Origin: Oligoflexia bacterium
GTDB taxonomy: Bacteria > Bdellovibrionota_C > UBA2361 > JBGSMV01
NCBI GenBank assembly: GCA_019694515.1
Contig: JAIBBU010000007.1
Location: 6,573 to 70,572, forward strand
Direction: 5' to 3'
Length of the DNA: 64,000 nt
The translations under genes and the position numbers were made by a program. How positions within the stretch are numbered: the first letter of the stretch is position 1; each line of letters opens with the position of its first letter. Shown one piece after another: positions 18,126-28,073 of the stretch. A model generated the notes under the pieces. That model saw only the letters and a program-made list of their open reading frames with translations, had not been told where the DNA came from and ran no database searches.

Positions 18126-18914
18126 ATGGTTACACAAGCAAGCGCCCACCAGAGGCAGCCAGGCGATGGGGCTACCCCATGGATCTCGGCTCACCAGCCG
18201 GAGGGCAATACGCTACATGACCTGACTGCCGAGGCGATTACCTCACCGCCCGAAGCAATCATGCACAAGCTCAGCATTGAGGAGCGCATGAAAAACTATC
18301 AGAGTGGGGTCGATGCGGCCTTAGCGAGAATCGATCGGGCTTCCAGCCTCTATACCAGAAATTTCTTGATCGCCGCGGGTGCGCTATTGGCTGCATCAGT
18401 AGGTGGTTGTTTTGCAGCCAATGCGCTGGAGTCGACCGGCACGGCTATCGCGGGATTTTTTGGAATTTGCGGTGCGATTGGCCTGTTTTTTACCGGCGCC
18501 TGCACCGCGAACCATAGACAGAGCCCAGAAAATACTTTACTGAGTTTGATCTCTAACTTTAGGGAGCTACGATCTGATGCTCCTGGGCAGTTGTTGCAGG
18601 TCTCGGGGATGTCACTTGCAGAGATGGGAATCTTGGTGGAATCCATGGCCAATCCTATTCGACGGGGAGACAGTGGGACCATCAAACTCAGTACCGATAT
18701 GGCGGTCAACACGCTTCAAGAGATTGGCGAATTCATGCTGAAACACCGCTCGGAACTGGAATCAATGGGCACTTCCGTTCCTCCGGCTCAGTGGTTTGCG
18801 GCAAAATTCCGTGATTTGGCGAAGAGCCAGCAGATGTCGAAGGAGACAGCTTCGTTCGCCGGCAAAGCTTACAAATACTTTACGGAGTTCAAAGAAGCGA
18901 GCGTAGAGAGCTGA
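18126..18914 (+). CDS. Hypothetical membrane protein (2 TM)
   Basis: 262 aa. GGAGAAG ribosome-binding-site-like sequence upstream. No recognised domain. Confidence 0.45.
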   Translation: MVTQASAHQRQPGDGATPWISAHQPEGNTLHDLTAEAITSPPEAIMHKLSIEERMKNYQSGVDAALARIDRASSLYTRNFLIAAGALLAASVGGCFAANALESTGTAIAGFFGICGAIGLFFTGACTANHRQSPENTLLSLISNFRELRSDAPGQLLQVSGMSLAEMGILVESMANPIRRGDSGTIKLSTDMAVNTLQEIGEFMLKHRSELESMGTSVPPAQWFAAKFRDLAKSQQMSKETASFAGKAYKYFTEFKEASVES

Positions 18915-18918
18915 GCTG

Positions 18919-19938
18919 CTACGAGATACAGAGGACGCGCATCTCTTTTAGATTATCGACGATTTTTCCAACACCGCGTACGACGCAGCTCAACGGGTCT
19001 TTAGCTCGGTGGAACTGAATTCCCGTTTCCCGATTCAACCGTTCACTAAGCCCTTTAAGCAGGGCCCCGCCTCCGGCTAAGTACACACCTCGGGCGATGA
19101 TATCATGGGCTACCTCGGCGCTGGTCTGCTCAAGGGCGGTTACTACAGAGGAGATAATTGCTGAGATCGGCTCATTTAGTGCCTCCCGAACCAGCTCGTC
19201 AGAAATCTCGATTTGATGCGGCATCCCGGTGGCGAGCTCGCGCCCGCAAGAGGTAATACTGCGGGCCTTGCCGAATGGCAGCGCTGAACCGATCACCAGC
19301 TTAATGCGCTCGGCTTCAAAGATCCCGATCTGGAGTCCAAAATGCCGCTTCACTTCGCGCTGGATGGCTTCATCCATTTCATCGCCTGCAACTCGAATGG
19401 AGTGCGAATATAGGGTGCCGTTTAAGCTAATAATTGCGACCTCGGTCGTGCCTCCGCCGATATCCACGACCATGTTTCCCACTGGCTTCTCGACCGGCAG
19501 GTCGGCGCCCAATGCCGCCGCCATGGGTTCTTCGACTAACATCACCTCGCGCACCCCTGAGGCTAGAGCAGCATCGATCACCGCACGTTTCTCAACCTGA
19601 GTGATGCCGGAGGGGACCCCGATCACTATTCTGGGTTTATGAACCGACCTCGATCGACGGGCCTGCCGCAGCATGAAGTCGATCATCAAGGAGGTCATAT
19701 CAAAGTCGGCAATCACGCCGTCCTTCATCGGCCTGATGCAGCGCACGGCGCGGGAGGTCTTGCCGAACATACGTTTAGCAGCGTTTCCCACGGCGACCGC
19801 TTTGCCGCTCTCTTCATCGACCGCCACCACGGAAGGTTCATTCAGGATGATGCCGCGATTGCGCACGTATACGAGGGTATTGGCGGTTCCCAAGTCCATG
19901 GCCATGTCATGCGACCACAGCGAACCCAGAAAACCCAT
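18919..19938 (-). CDS. mreB: Rod shape-determining protein MreB (actin homologue)
   Basis: MGFLGSLWSHDMAMDLGTANTLVYV..., then DIGGGTTEVAIIS and the actin-fold phosphate motifs. Start placed at the ATG at 19938, preceded by AGAGGG; the ORF track extends to 20010. Confidence 0.9.
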   Translation of the reverse strand: MGFLGSLWSHDMAMDLGTANTLVYVRNRGIILNEPSVVAVDEESGKAVAVGNAAKRMFGKTSRAVRCIRPMKDGVIADFDMTSLMIDFMLRQARRSRSVHKPRIVIGVPSGITQVEKRAVIDAALASGVREVMLVEEPMAAALGADLPVEKPVGNMVVDIGGGTTEVAIISLNGTLYSHSIRVAGDEMDEAIQREVKRHFGLQIGIFEAERIKLVIGSALPFGKARSITSCGRELATGMPHQIEISDELVREALNEPISAIISSVVTALEQTSAEVAHDIIARGVYLAGGGALLKGLSERLNRETGIQFHRAKDPLSCVVRGVGKIVDNLKEMRVLCIS

Positions 19939-19990
19939 CAACCCTCTGCCGGAGGGCCGCGGAAGCTCCAGCGCCGAAGGAACGGAGAGA

Positions 19991-21151
19991 CTAAGCTCGG
20001 CGGAACTCATACAACTCTCCCTGTTTAAGCTGGGAACTTTCGAGGACCGCGGTGTCGGCGATTAATCGCTCCAAGGTTGATGATTTGTAACGGCGATCGC
20101 GCATGCTGCGGCGTGAATAGAGGAATTGCGGCTGCGCGCGACCCACGCAAACGCGTGAGCAGGCCGCCGAAATTCGATTTTCATAGAAGGAGCTGGTCAT
20201 AGTGTCGAGGCTAGCGAGCAAGTCGCCATTCGCCAGGGTGAGGAGCGGGCAGCCTGGGGGCAAGGACTGTTTCACCAGGCGATGCATCTGCTCTACCAGT
20301 TTTAAGCATTCGCCGGTGCCGAGCTCGATCTCAAGCTCTTCAAAATTCTTGAGCTTGATCCGCAGCACTTCAAGTGAGTCGCGTCCGATCGTCTCCACGA
20401 GTTTGATCGTCTCCGACAAAAAGTGTGACCAGGTCTCGGCGTTGCGAGTAACTGGAGCTCCGCGAGCATGCAATCGGAGCAGATTGGAAACCTCGAGCGA
20501 AAGATCTTCAAGCAATTTCCCCTGCAGTTTGGAAAATGCAAAGGCCTTGCGGCTGTCGCATGCTATTACACCGGACATCGCAGTCGCATCTTGCGTCACA
20601 TCTCCCCGCATTGGCAGAGCCACTGGAATGCCGATAAAGCTCTTGAGCTGCTGATCATGGGTGTAGATTCCGAGTGTGCGGCTGTCCCTCTCGAAAGGAG
20701 AGACGTGAATTGAACGGCGATGTTTTGCGACCCAGCCGATTAATCCGGTGCTAACCGCCAAACGGCAATTAGGCAGCAGTTCTCGGCTCAGCGAGTGCAG
20801 CCCGGCCAATCCGAGATAGCTCTCCGCGGAGGAAGCCGTTCTGCCTAGCGCGGTTGCTTGGCCTTCTAAATATTCTTCCGGCAAAAAAATGAAGCAGCTA
20901 TGCGCATCCGAAATGTTTGCACCAAAACGCGCCAATCGGCAGAGATCCCGTTTCATGCCGCTTTCAAATCCGGCACCTGCATGCATCGGTGGAGCTGAGC
21001 TGCTGATATTCCGGCTGGCTGAACTCCGCGCTTGAAGATCATCAAACGCACTATGCTCTATGGGACTGTTCTCTATGGGACTGCTCTCTAGGGGATTTTT
21101 CACCACAACGAAATTCCTTGCCCAGCAAAGTCGTGGACTTCCGAGCGACAA
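19991..21151 (-). CDS. Hypothetical protein with GAF-like domain
   Basis: The central region STGLIGWVAKHRRSIHVSPFERDSRTLGIYTHD...IGIPV resembles a GAF small-molecule-binding domain. The N-terminus contains the short tandem repeat SPIENSPIE, so the true start is uncertain. Confidence 0.5.
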   Translation of the reverse strand: MSLGSPRLCWARNFVVVKNPLESSPIENSPIEHSAFDDLQARSSASRNISSSAPPMHAGAGFESGMKRDLCRLARFGANISDAHSCFIFLPEEYLEGQATALGRTASSAESYLGLAGLHSLSRELLPNCRLAVSTGLIGWVAKHRRSIHVSPFERDSRTLGIYTHDQQLKSFIGIPVALPMRGDVTQDATAMSGVIACDSRKAFAFSKLQGKLLEDLSLEVSNLLRLHARGAPVTRNAETWSHFLSETIKLVETIGRDSLEVLRIKLKNFEELEIELGTGECLKLVEQMHRLVKQSLPPGCPLLTLANGDLLASLDTMTSSFYENRISAACSRVCVGRAQPQFLYSRRSMRDRRYKSSTLERLIADTAVLESSQLKQGELYEFRRA

Positions 21152-21237
21152 ATGGATCTATGCGCTATAAATCCGCGAAATTAAAGGTAACAGACGAGGC
21201 TGTCTTGGACAATCTGCAAAATTGCAGGAGCTGCGGA

Positions 21238-22824
21238 TCAGGTCACTTCTTCGGCTGGTTCGCCAGCGGAGTTGTCATCCTCGAGGGAGCTGGCCGGCTC
21301 CGGAATGGGAATATGGCCGTGCTGCACAGTAGTGCGCTGTTCCCGACTGGATTCAAACTCAAACTCGTATTCGTCGGCCCTCAAGCGGCCGTCTGCCAGG
21401 ACAAAAATCTTGGCGCCATAGTGGGTTTCAAGCTCATTTAGGTCGCGTTTCTTGCTATTCAGGAGAAAAAGCGCAGCGCCGGGTGCTAAACGTGCCTTGA
21501 CCAGGCTGACGTGCCCAACAATGATCCCCGATTGGATCTTACGCAGGGCTTCCAAAGCTACCAGCTCCGGATTACGGATCCTCCCCGTTCCCTGACATTC
21601 AGAACAATCCAGATGGCTCTGGCTGGTTAAGGCGCCCCGCAGCCTTTGCCGGGACATCTCTAGCAGACCGAACTTGGAAAGCCTGCCGATCTCGATCCGG
21701 GCCTTATCGGTCTTGATCGCTTCTCTCAGACGGCGCTCTACCCCCGCTTTGTGGCGTCGGTCGGTCATATCGATGAAATCCACCACGATCAGTCCGCCCA
21801 AATCGCGCAACTTTAGCTGTCTAGCGATCTCGTCGGCCGCTTCGAGGTTGGTCTTGTAGGCTGTTTCTTCGATACTGCCCTCATTGGTAGCCTTTCCAGA
21901 GTTAACATCTATAGCTACGAGCGCTTCCAGCGAGTCAATCACTATGGCGCCGCCCGATCGAAGCTTAACCTCAGGCTTGAAGGTCTCAAGAACCTGTTCC
22001 TCGATCCGGTGATGCGCCAAGAGCGGCTGCTTGTCCTTGTAAAGTACAACGCGCGAACGATATCGCGGCATTACCTCATCCACGAAGGCGCGCACACGCT
22101 TAAATGTCTCGACGTCATCGATCAAGATCTCGCGGATCTCAGGGGTAAAATAGTCGCGGATGACGCGGGTGGCTAAGTCACTCTCTTTATAAAGCAGCGC
22201 TGGGCAGCTGGCGTTCTGCGAATCATTGGTGATCCGCTCCCACAGCTTTAGCTGCAAGGAGAGGTCCCGTCCTAAGTCACTGAGTGAACGATCCAGCCCG
22301 GCGGTACGTATGATCATGCCGACCCCGGCGGGCATCTCCAGCTCCTGAGCCAGCTTCTTTAGCCGTTTGCGCTGCTCGGAATCACTAATTTTTCGCGAAA
22401 TTCCGCCGCGTTCGCTGCCTGGCATAACCACCAGGTAACGTCCCGGAAGCGAAAGGTAGGTTGTCAGGGTCGCGCCCTTAAGGTCACGCTCCTCCTTGAC
22501 TACCTGTACTACCAGCTCCTGACCGGGCTCCAAGACATCCTGGATCCGGACCCGATAGCCACGCCCCGTCTCTCGCGAGCTAGAGCGGAAATAGGCGGGG
22601 TGTACGTCGTTAATCTGGAGAAAGCCGTTACGCTGGGTCCCGATATCGAGAAAGGCCGCCTGAAGACTAGGCTCGATTCTGGAAATTCGAGCCTTATAAA
22701 TATTCCCTTTTAGTTTGCGCCCGAGATCGGATTCGATCTCAAGTTCAACCAAACTGGAACCTTCGGTAATTGCGATCCTGATCTCTTCCGGATGGACCGC
22801 ATTGATGAGCATGCGCCGATCCAT
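21238..22824 (-). CDS. rng: Ribonuclease E/G family endoribonuclease (RNase G-like: S1 domain plus catalytic core, no scaffold tail)
   Basis: S1 domain (GNIYKARISRIEPSLQAAFLDIG); DNase-I-like catalytic region (LVAIDVNSGKATNEG...GGLIVVDFIDM). 528 aa, the size of RNase G. Confidence 0.9.
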   Translation of the reverse strand: MDRRMLINAVHPEEIRIAITEGSSLVELEIESDLGRKLKGNIYKARISRIEPSLQAAFLDIGTQRNGFLQINDVHPAYFRSSSRETGRGYRVRIQDVLEPGQELVVQVVKEERDLKGATLTTYLSLPGRYLVVMPGSERGGISRKISDSEQRKRLKKLAQELEMPAGVGMIIRTAGLDRSLSDLGRDLSLQLKLWERITNDSQNASCPALLYKESDLATRVIRDYFTPEIREILIDDVETFKRVRAFVDEVMPRYRSRVVLYKDKQPLLAHHRIEEQVLETFKPEVKLRSGGAIVIDSLEALVAIDVNSGKATNEGSIEETAYKTNLEAADEIARQLKLRDLGGLIVVDFIDMTDRRHKAGVERRLREAIKTDKARIEIGRLSKFGLLEMSRQRLRGALTSQSHLDCSECQGTGRIRNPELVALEALRKIQSGIIVGHVSLVKARLAPGAALFLLNSKKRDLNELETHYGAKIFVLADGRLRADEYEFEFESSREQRTTVQHGHIPIPEPASSLEDDNSAGEPAEEVT

Positions 22825-23311
22825 AAAACTCGTCCTGCATTTGGGATCAGACGATTGCCAGCTCGAGCATCACCGGTCGACCGATCTACGGTCTCCCGAT
22901 TAGTACGCAGCATTGTTCCCGAAACTCGGGCGGCTGCAGAGCAATGTTCCAAGGCTTGAAAAATCATCGAGCTAAGCGAAATAGAAATCTGATCCGGTTA
23001 AGGTTAAAAAGAAAAAACTCTCAAAGAAAAATCTATGCAATTCTACTCATTAGAATTTTTCGCCGTAGGTTTCTTGGAAGTACCGTCTGGACCGGCGGGG
23101 CCGAACCAGACATCAAGTGTACTCGTCCCAAGATTCCAGGGCTATCCGGACACCAATTGGCTGTCCGGAACCTGTGGAGTATACCTATAGATATAGGAGG
23201 ACAGAAGGGCCATCAAGTTTTCAGAAATAAAAGACGTTAATCCATTGAAATAACTTGCGGGAATCCTATCTGCCCCGAAAAACTAACGATTTACCCTATC
23301 GGTGTTCTATT

Positions 23312-23632
23312 ATGAGACTAGTTGTTTTACGTGGTTCAGGCCAGGGAAAGGCTTTTCAGTTGGAGCAGGGTAGCAATCTGATCGGTCGCTGGGATCCCGA
23401 CAGCGGGGCCTTCCCCGAGATCGACCTGGAGGAGGAAGACCCGGAAGCTAAGGTCTCCCGCAAACATGCGGTGATCGAATGTACGGGTGAAATGGTTACG
23501 ATTGAGGACCTGGGGAGCAGAAATGGTACCTATCTAAATCGCGACCAAAAGCTCGAACCCGGTAGGCAGTACGACCTGAAAGTTGGCGACGAGCTGATTG
23601 TAGGCAAGACTTTCTTGCGGTTCGAAAATTAG
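23312..23632 (+). CDS. FHA-domain protein (single domain, about 106 aa)
   Basis: MRLVVLRGSGQGKAFQLEQGSNLIGR...VSRKHAVIECTGEMVTIEDLGSRNGTYLN is a canonical FHA domain. The ORF could start at 23255 instead. Confidence 0.7.
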   Translation: MRLVVLRGSGQGKAFQLEQGSNLIGRWDPDSGAFPEIDLEEEDPEAKVSRKHAVIECTGEMVTIEDLGSRNGTYLNRDQKLEPGRQYDLKVGDELIVGKTFLRFEN

Positions 23633-23651
23633 CTTCCGGTCTGCAGCTATT

Positions 23652-24014
23652 TTATTTTAATAGCGTTTCGATGTGATTGACCAAAACCGCAGGTTTGCAC
23701 GGTTTGGTGAGCACTAAATTACATCCTGCATCCAGGGCTTCCTGATGAACCTCGGGGTCATCGAGCGCCGTGAACGCAACTATCGGCAGCTTCAGCCCTT
23801 TGGCTCTAATTTGCCGGACGCACTCTTGCCCATTCATCTTAGGCATCATCAGGTCGATCAGAATTATATCGGGACCGACTTCCTCAACGCACTGCAATGC
23901 TGAAATGCCGTCGGTGCGACGGACAACCTCAAAACCTTTATCTTCGAAAAGATAGTCAACGATATCGAGCGCCGTGAGGTCGTCGTCAATAATTAGTATT
24001 TTTTTATTATCCAT
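23652..24014 (-). CDS. CheY-like single-domain response regulator (receiver only)
   Basis: ILIIDDD...DIILIDLMMPKMNG...LTKP. The phospho-acceptor Asp and Lys are conserved. 120 aa. Confidence 0.85.
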   Translation of the reverse strand: MDNKKILIIDDDLTALDIVDYLFEDKGFEVVRRTDGISALQCVEEVGPDIILIDLMMPKMNGQECVRQIRAKGLKLPIVAFTALDDPEVHQEALDAGCNLVLTKPCKPAVLVNHIETLLK

Positions 24015-24406
24015 CTACGCCGATACGTTTTGCTAAAATTTAGACCACTTCTACTTATATCCTATTACTTGATGCGCGGGCGCGTGGGAAAGATCCAGCG
24101 GTAAATTCAGTAACGGCGCGAAACGAAGTTTTAACCACGAGCGCGCTTGGTATAAGCAAAATCCTGTTTAAATCTACAGATTTCCGGATCTTATTAACAA
24201 CACCGTGTCTCCTATATACAGTACAGCCCAAATGGGCTTTTTAGATACTAAGCTCCGGTTGCCAGGAATTGAGTGCTGAAGTCGTTGTCGAAGTAAGATT
24301 GCGGCGCCCCGCCTCATTCCGCGCTATGAGTCCTGCGGTTGTAACATAATCCGGGAAGCGCTTTAGTATCGCATTCCGAACTGTATTTTCAGTTTGGTCA
24401 TAAAAC

Positions 24407-25747
24407 ATGTTCGCACTTGAAATAGATTTTCGCGACGGCATCTCCGATCCGGAGACCATCTTCGTGCGCCGCCCGCACGCGCTGGTTGGCGCTTCCGACT
24501 ACGCGCATGTCGTGGTGGAGGACATGAAAGAGTTGGGATATCAAATCCGCTTAACTCGCGACCTGGGGCGCAGCTTTCGTTGTCGTTTAGTCTCAAACGA
24601 ACCGGTCGAGGCCGCGGCTCATCTTGAAGGGCTGTATGAGGGAGAGGCGCTGCTGGATACGGGCAGCGTAAAGCTCCGCATCACAGCGCTTGATACAGAT
24701 TTGGTGTTCAAGGACGGCGAAACCCCGGATAGTGCAGGCGCAAGGATTCTACGGCAGGCTTGTGCTGCAGGTAGTCCAACCTTTCCAGCATTGGTGGTGG
24801 CCGGAAGCTTTCCGCTCGTGATCTCTTTTTCCGAAGAGCAGCCGCTTTACCTCGGGCGCTCCAAGCAGTGCGTAGTGCGCTTTGATTCCTCCGAGATCTC
24901 CGCGCGGCATGCGCGGATGGGATTTGAAAACGGTAAATTCTGGATCGAGGATTTGGGTTCCACGAACGGGACCTTTGTAAATCAGCAGCAGGTATCCGGA
25001 AGAGTTAATGTCGAACCTGGAGCTCCGGTAACTCTGGGACGTGAGATCTCAATTGCGGGTGTGACTTCTCCGCAGGAGCTGGCGCAAGCGCTGCACGCAG
25101 AGGAGCCGCGCATCGATCGCAATGCGCCGCTGGCGAATAGATTTCCCGTGTTGATTTCCACCTCCGAAGTCGCCCGGCCAGCTCGAATGGTTTTAAGTGC
25201 CGGCGCAACGGTGACGATCGGGCGGGACCCATCCAGCGATATGTGGATTGGGGCTCCGCATGTATCGCGCAAGCACTGTGCGGTGTTCTTGCATGATAAC
25301 GGTACACTATCGGTCACCGACCACAGTACCAATGGGACCGCCTATACAGGCGGGGTCCTAAAACGTGGCAGCTCGATTCAGGTACGGGAAAGGCCGGAAA
25401 TCCTCGATTTGGGCAGCGGAGTGACGGTGGCGGTCTGTTTAAACGAGGAACAGGAGCGCGTCTTTATCGCTGCGCATGGCTCGCCGCTGGCTTTTGGCGA
25501 ACCTGAAAGAGACCTGCCCAAGCGGGAAAGCCCTGTCATCGCTCATGGCACCCGCTTTTCCGGAGAAGATACGATCTGGAATACCCAACAGATGCGGGCG
25601 CATATGGAGCGCAGCTTCGTGGTATGGCTGCTGGAATACTTCAGATCGTGCGGGTTTTTCGGACGGGCCGCTTTGTTTTGTCTCGTGTTCGCCTTTATAA
25701 TGGTTTTGGCTTTTATTGTATTGATTTTGGGACGCGTTTTCCTGTAG
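24407..25747 (+). CDS. Multi-FHA-domain protein with C-terminal TM anchor; candidate SctD (YscD/CdsD-like inner-ring component)
   Basis: Three FHA-like segments, e.g. LYLGRSKQCVVRF...ARHARMGFENGKFWIEDLGSTNGTFVN and VTIGRDPSSDMWIG...SRKHCAVFLHDNGTLSVTDHSTNGTAY. C-terminal hydrophobic helix FCLVFAFIMVLAFIVLILG. Sits at the head of the sctJ operon. Confidence 0.7.
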   Translation: MFALEIDFRDGISDPETIFVRRPHALVGASDYAHVVVEDMKELGYQIRLTRDLGRSFRCRLVSNEPVEAAAHLEGLYEGEALLDTGSVKLRITALDTDLVFKDGETPDSAGARILRQACAAGSPTFPALVVAGSFPLVISFSEEQPLYLGRSKQCVVRFDSSEISARHARMGFENGKFWIEDLGSTNGTFVNQQQVSGRVNVEPGAPVTLGREISIAGVTSPQELAQALHAEEPRIDRNAPLANRFPVLISTSEVARPARMVLSAGATVTIGRDPSSDMWIGAPHVSRKHCAVFLHDNGTLSVTDHSTNGTAYTGGVLKRGSSIQVRERPEILDLGSGVTVAVCLNEEQERVFIAAHGSPLAFGEPERDLPKRESPVIAHGTRFSGEDTIWNTQQMRAHMERSFVVWLLEYFRSCGFFGRAALFCLVFAFIMVLAFIVLILGRVFL

Positions 25748-25823
25748 CAGAAGGCTGCGCGCGGACCGCGTGAATTTTTGGTTTTTGCAGTTTTTGGTTT
25801 TCAGATAGTAACGGGAGAGAGTC

Positions 25824-26855
25824 ATGGCAACTGACAGTACTGAATTGACCTTCGTTCGATGCCCTTCATGCCGCAGCTTAGTGCCGGCTTCTCAGACACG
25901 CTGCCGGATGTGCGGTGCATCGCTGGATGCTGGAACCCAGCAGGGTGGCGATGATGCCGCGCGGAAGTCGGGACGAGTCAAGCAGCGTACTATGTCGCAG
26001 CCGCAAAGCGACTTAAATTCGGCTGCCGATCAGCTGCGCAAAGAGCATAAGAGCTCCGGTATGGAAGAGCTTCCGGATAGTGGCGATGAGATCTCAGTCG
26101 ATGATCCGTTGAGCGGATATGTCGAAGAAGTCGAGAGCGCCGAAACGGATGCGCCGGCTGAAGCCCCGGCGGCAAAGAGCGCTAATGGTGGCGGGTATGC
26201 ATCGCATGAACGGCCTAAAGAGGCTTCGCCGATGCCTCCCAAGCCGCGCGATGAGCAGAAACCGAAAGTATTCGCTGAGAGCGGTAGAAAGCAGAGTGGC
26301 GGTTTGTCCTTCAATAAGGAGCGATCCGAGCCGCCGGTTGCACGCAATTTGGCTTCCGCTGCCGAGTCTGACGATGCTTGGAGCAGTGTCAATGAAGAAT
26401 TACCGGTTGAAGAACCGGTGCGTGAGCCGCGTGCTTCACGTGAAAAGGAACAGCGCCACACACCGCCGTCAGCTGCGCCAGCTCGCGAAGGAGCTAAGAA
26501 GGCTGAGCAGCGCCCCGGCCGGCTCTTTGGGTGGCTGGTAAGCTATGCCAATCCGGATGGAAGCGCCTTAGAGCTGCGCGAAGGGAAGTTCTTCGTCACA
26601 GCCGGCAGCCTCAAGCCTAGTGATATGATCATTCAAGACCCTAGCATTTCGACTCCGCACGCTTTGGTCAACATCAGCGCGGCGCAGGGATTCGCAGTGC
26701 AGGACCTGATGAGCGATCGCGGTGTCTGGATTAGGCGTCGTGAAGGCGACACCTACCAGCGTGAGGAGAGTCTGCAGGTTAAGCATGGCGACTGGCTGCG
26801 GTTTGGTGATGTTGAGTACCTGGTGACTTTGATCGCACACGTCGGCGCGAAGTAA
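25824..26855 (+). CDS. Zinc-ribbon plus disordered linker plus C-terminal FHA-domain protein
   Basis: N-terminal CPSCRSLV...CRMCG zinc ribbon. Long Ala/Glu/Pro/Ser-rich low-complexity region. C-terminal FHA (GKFFVTAGS...SISTPHALVNISAAQGFAVQDLMSDRGVWI). Confidence 0.7.
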   Translation: MATDSTELTFVRCPSCRSLVPASQTRCRMCGASLDAGTQQGGDDAARKSGRVKQRTMSQPQSDLNSAADQLRKEHKSSGMEELPDSGDEISVDDPLSGYVEEVESAETDAPAEAPAAKSANGGGYASHERPKEASPMPPKPRDEQKPKVFAESGRKQSGGLSFNKERSEPPVARNLASAAESDDAWSSVNEELPVEEPVREPRASREKEQRHTPPSAAPAREGAKKAEQRPGRLFGWLVSYANPDGSALELREGKFFVTAGSLKPSDMIIQDPSISTPHALVNISAAQGFAVQDLMSDRGVWIRRREGDTYQREESLQVKHGDWLRFGDVEYLVTLIAHVGAK

Positions 26856-26978
26856 GAACGTGTGCCGAGGGGGCCCAAATGCTAAGCTTTGGGCTGCCCC
26901 TGACAATGCTCGGGTGGCCGGACGCTTGCGGTTGCGGCACCGGAAAATCTCTAGGAAAGAGAACGTCCTGGAACTGAA

Positions 26979-27854
26979 ATGGGTTATCGAACTAGGTTAA
27001 GCGCATTCAAGGCACTTCGCATCGGCGTCTTAGTCGGCGTTTTGCTGCTGATTTCGGGATGCAATACCTCCGTAGTGCTGAATGACCTCTCGCAGTCAGA
27101 AGCCTTGGAAGTCATAGCGGCGCTCAATGCCACCGGCATTAGCGCCTATTCAGCGGAAGATTCGGGCGCCCGGGGAAAATTTAGTGTGACCGTTGATTCA
27201 GCCCGCTATTCCGAAGCGGTCGCAATCATCAATGACAAACGGCTGCCGCGCCGCAGCGAATTTCGCAAGATGATTGAACCCAAAGGGCTGCTGCCGAATT
27301 CCCGCGAGCTTGAAGCGTTGCGGGTGGATAAGGCGCGCGCGATCGAACTTAAAGAACTTCTCGAGAATCATCCTGATATTGCCTCTGCCGAAGTCACGGT
27401 TCGTCAAAAATTTCTGGCTGAGGATGAAGCCCCCTCAGTTGGAGCTATGGTCGTAACGCGGTCCGGCTCGACGCTATCCACTGATCAGCTGCGCACGATG
27501 ATCCAAAGTTTCGTGCCCGGTATTAATCCTGAGCGGGTGGTCGTGGTTGCACACGCGCTGGATTCTTCAGGCAATGTGTTCAAGGCCGAAGGAATCCTGA
27601 ATGATAATCAGAAACTTATCCATGTGCCGCTAGCGGGCTTCCTGCTGGGTTGGCGTGTGGCTGAAGCCGATCAGAATGGATTGGCGATTACGATTGTGGC
27701 CTTCGTCCTGGCGGTAGGAATTCTAGGGGCAATTTTGGGTTACTCCTACGGTTCATTCAAACGTTCGGAAGATGCTTTAAATGATGCACTCCCGGAACCC
27801 GCAATTCGGGCGGGGCGCTTTGAACGACCGGTTAAGACTTTACCGGAGGAATAA
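26979..27854 (+). CDS. sctJ: Type III secretion inner-membrane ring lipoprotein SctJ (YscJ/EscJ/PrgK family)
   Basis: Signal peptide plus LISGC lipobox, then LSQSEALEVIAALNATGISA (compare YscJ [20 protein letters not shown]). About 290 aa with a C-terminal TM. A lipoprotein of this size argues against flagellar FliF. Confidence 0.85.
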   Translation: MGYRTRLSAFKALRIGVLVGVLLLISGCNTSVVLNDLSQSEALEVIAALNATGISAYSAEDSGARGKFSVTVDSARYSEAVAIINDKRLPRRSEFRKMIEPKGLLPNSRELEALRVDKARAIELKELLENHPDIASAEVTVRQKFLAEDEAPSVGAMVVTRSGSTLSTDQLRTMIQSFVPGINPERVVVVAHALDSSGNVFKAEGILNDNQKLIHVPLAGFLLGWRVAEADQNGLAITIVAFVLAVGILGAILGYSYGSFKRSEDALNDALPEPAIRAGRFERPVKTLPEE

Positions 27855-28073
27855 ATGGATTTGCAGCGTTTTCGAGCTCTATCAGAGAAAGATCGCGCCT
27901 TAGTGGCCGTGGCTGTATTAATGGATGGCCGCGATGCGGGTGTGTATTTGGAGAATGATGCTCAGAGCGGTGCGGTGTTAAAGCGGGCGGCGGATGACTT
28001 GGCAGCACAAGAACTCGAGCTGCGAATGACCTACGCTGCTACGCAGTTGCGGGCAGCGCTGAAGGAGGGGTAG
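27855..28073 (+). CDS. Small helical protein of the T3SS operon (function unknown; in the SctK/SctI position)
   Basis: 72 aa. Its ATG starts immediately after the sctJ stop (TAA at 27852-27854, ATG at 27855). Confidence 0.4.
   Translation: MDLQRFRALSEKDRALVAVAVLMDGRDAGVYLENDAQSGAVLKRAADDLAAQELELRMTYAATQLRAALKEG

Noticed and set aside
24225-24242. Terminator-like hairpin agccc-aaat-gggct plus T5 in the divergent promoter region
   Set aside because: Only a 5-bp stem, and there is no upstream plus-strand gene to terminate. Probably chance.
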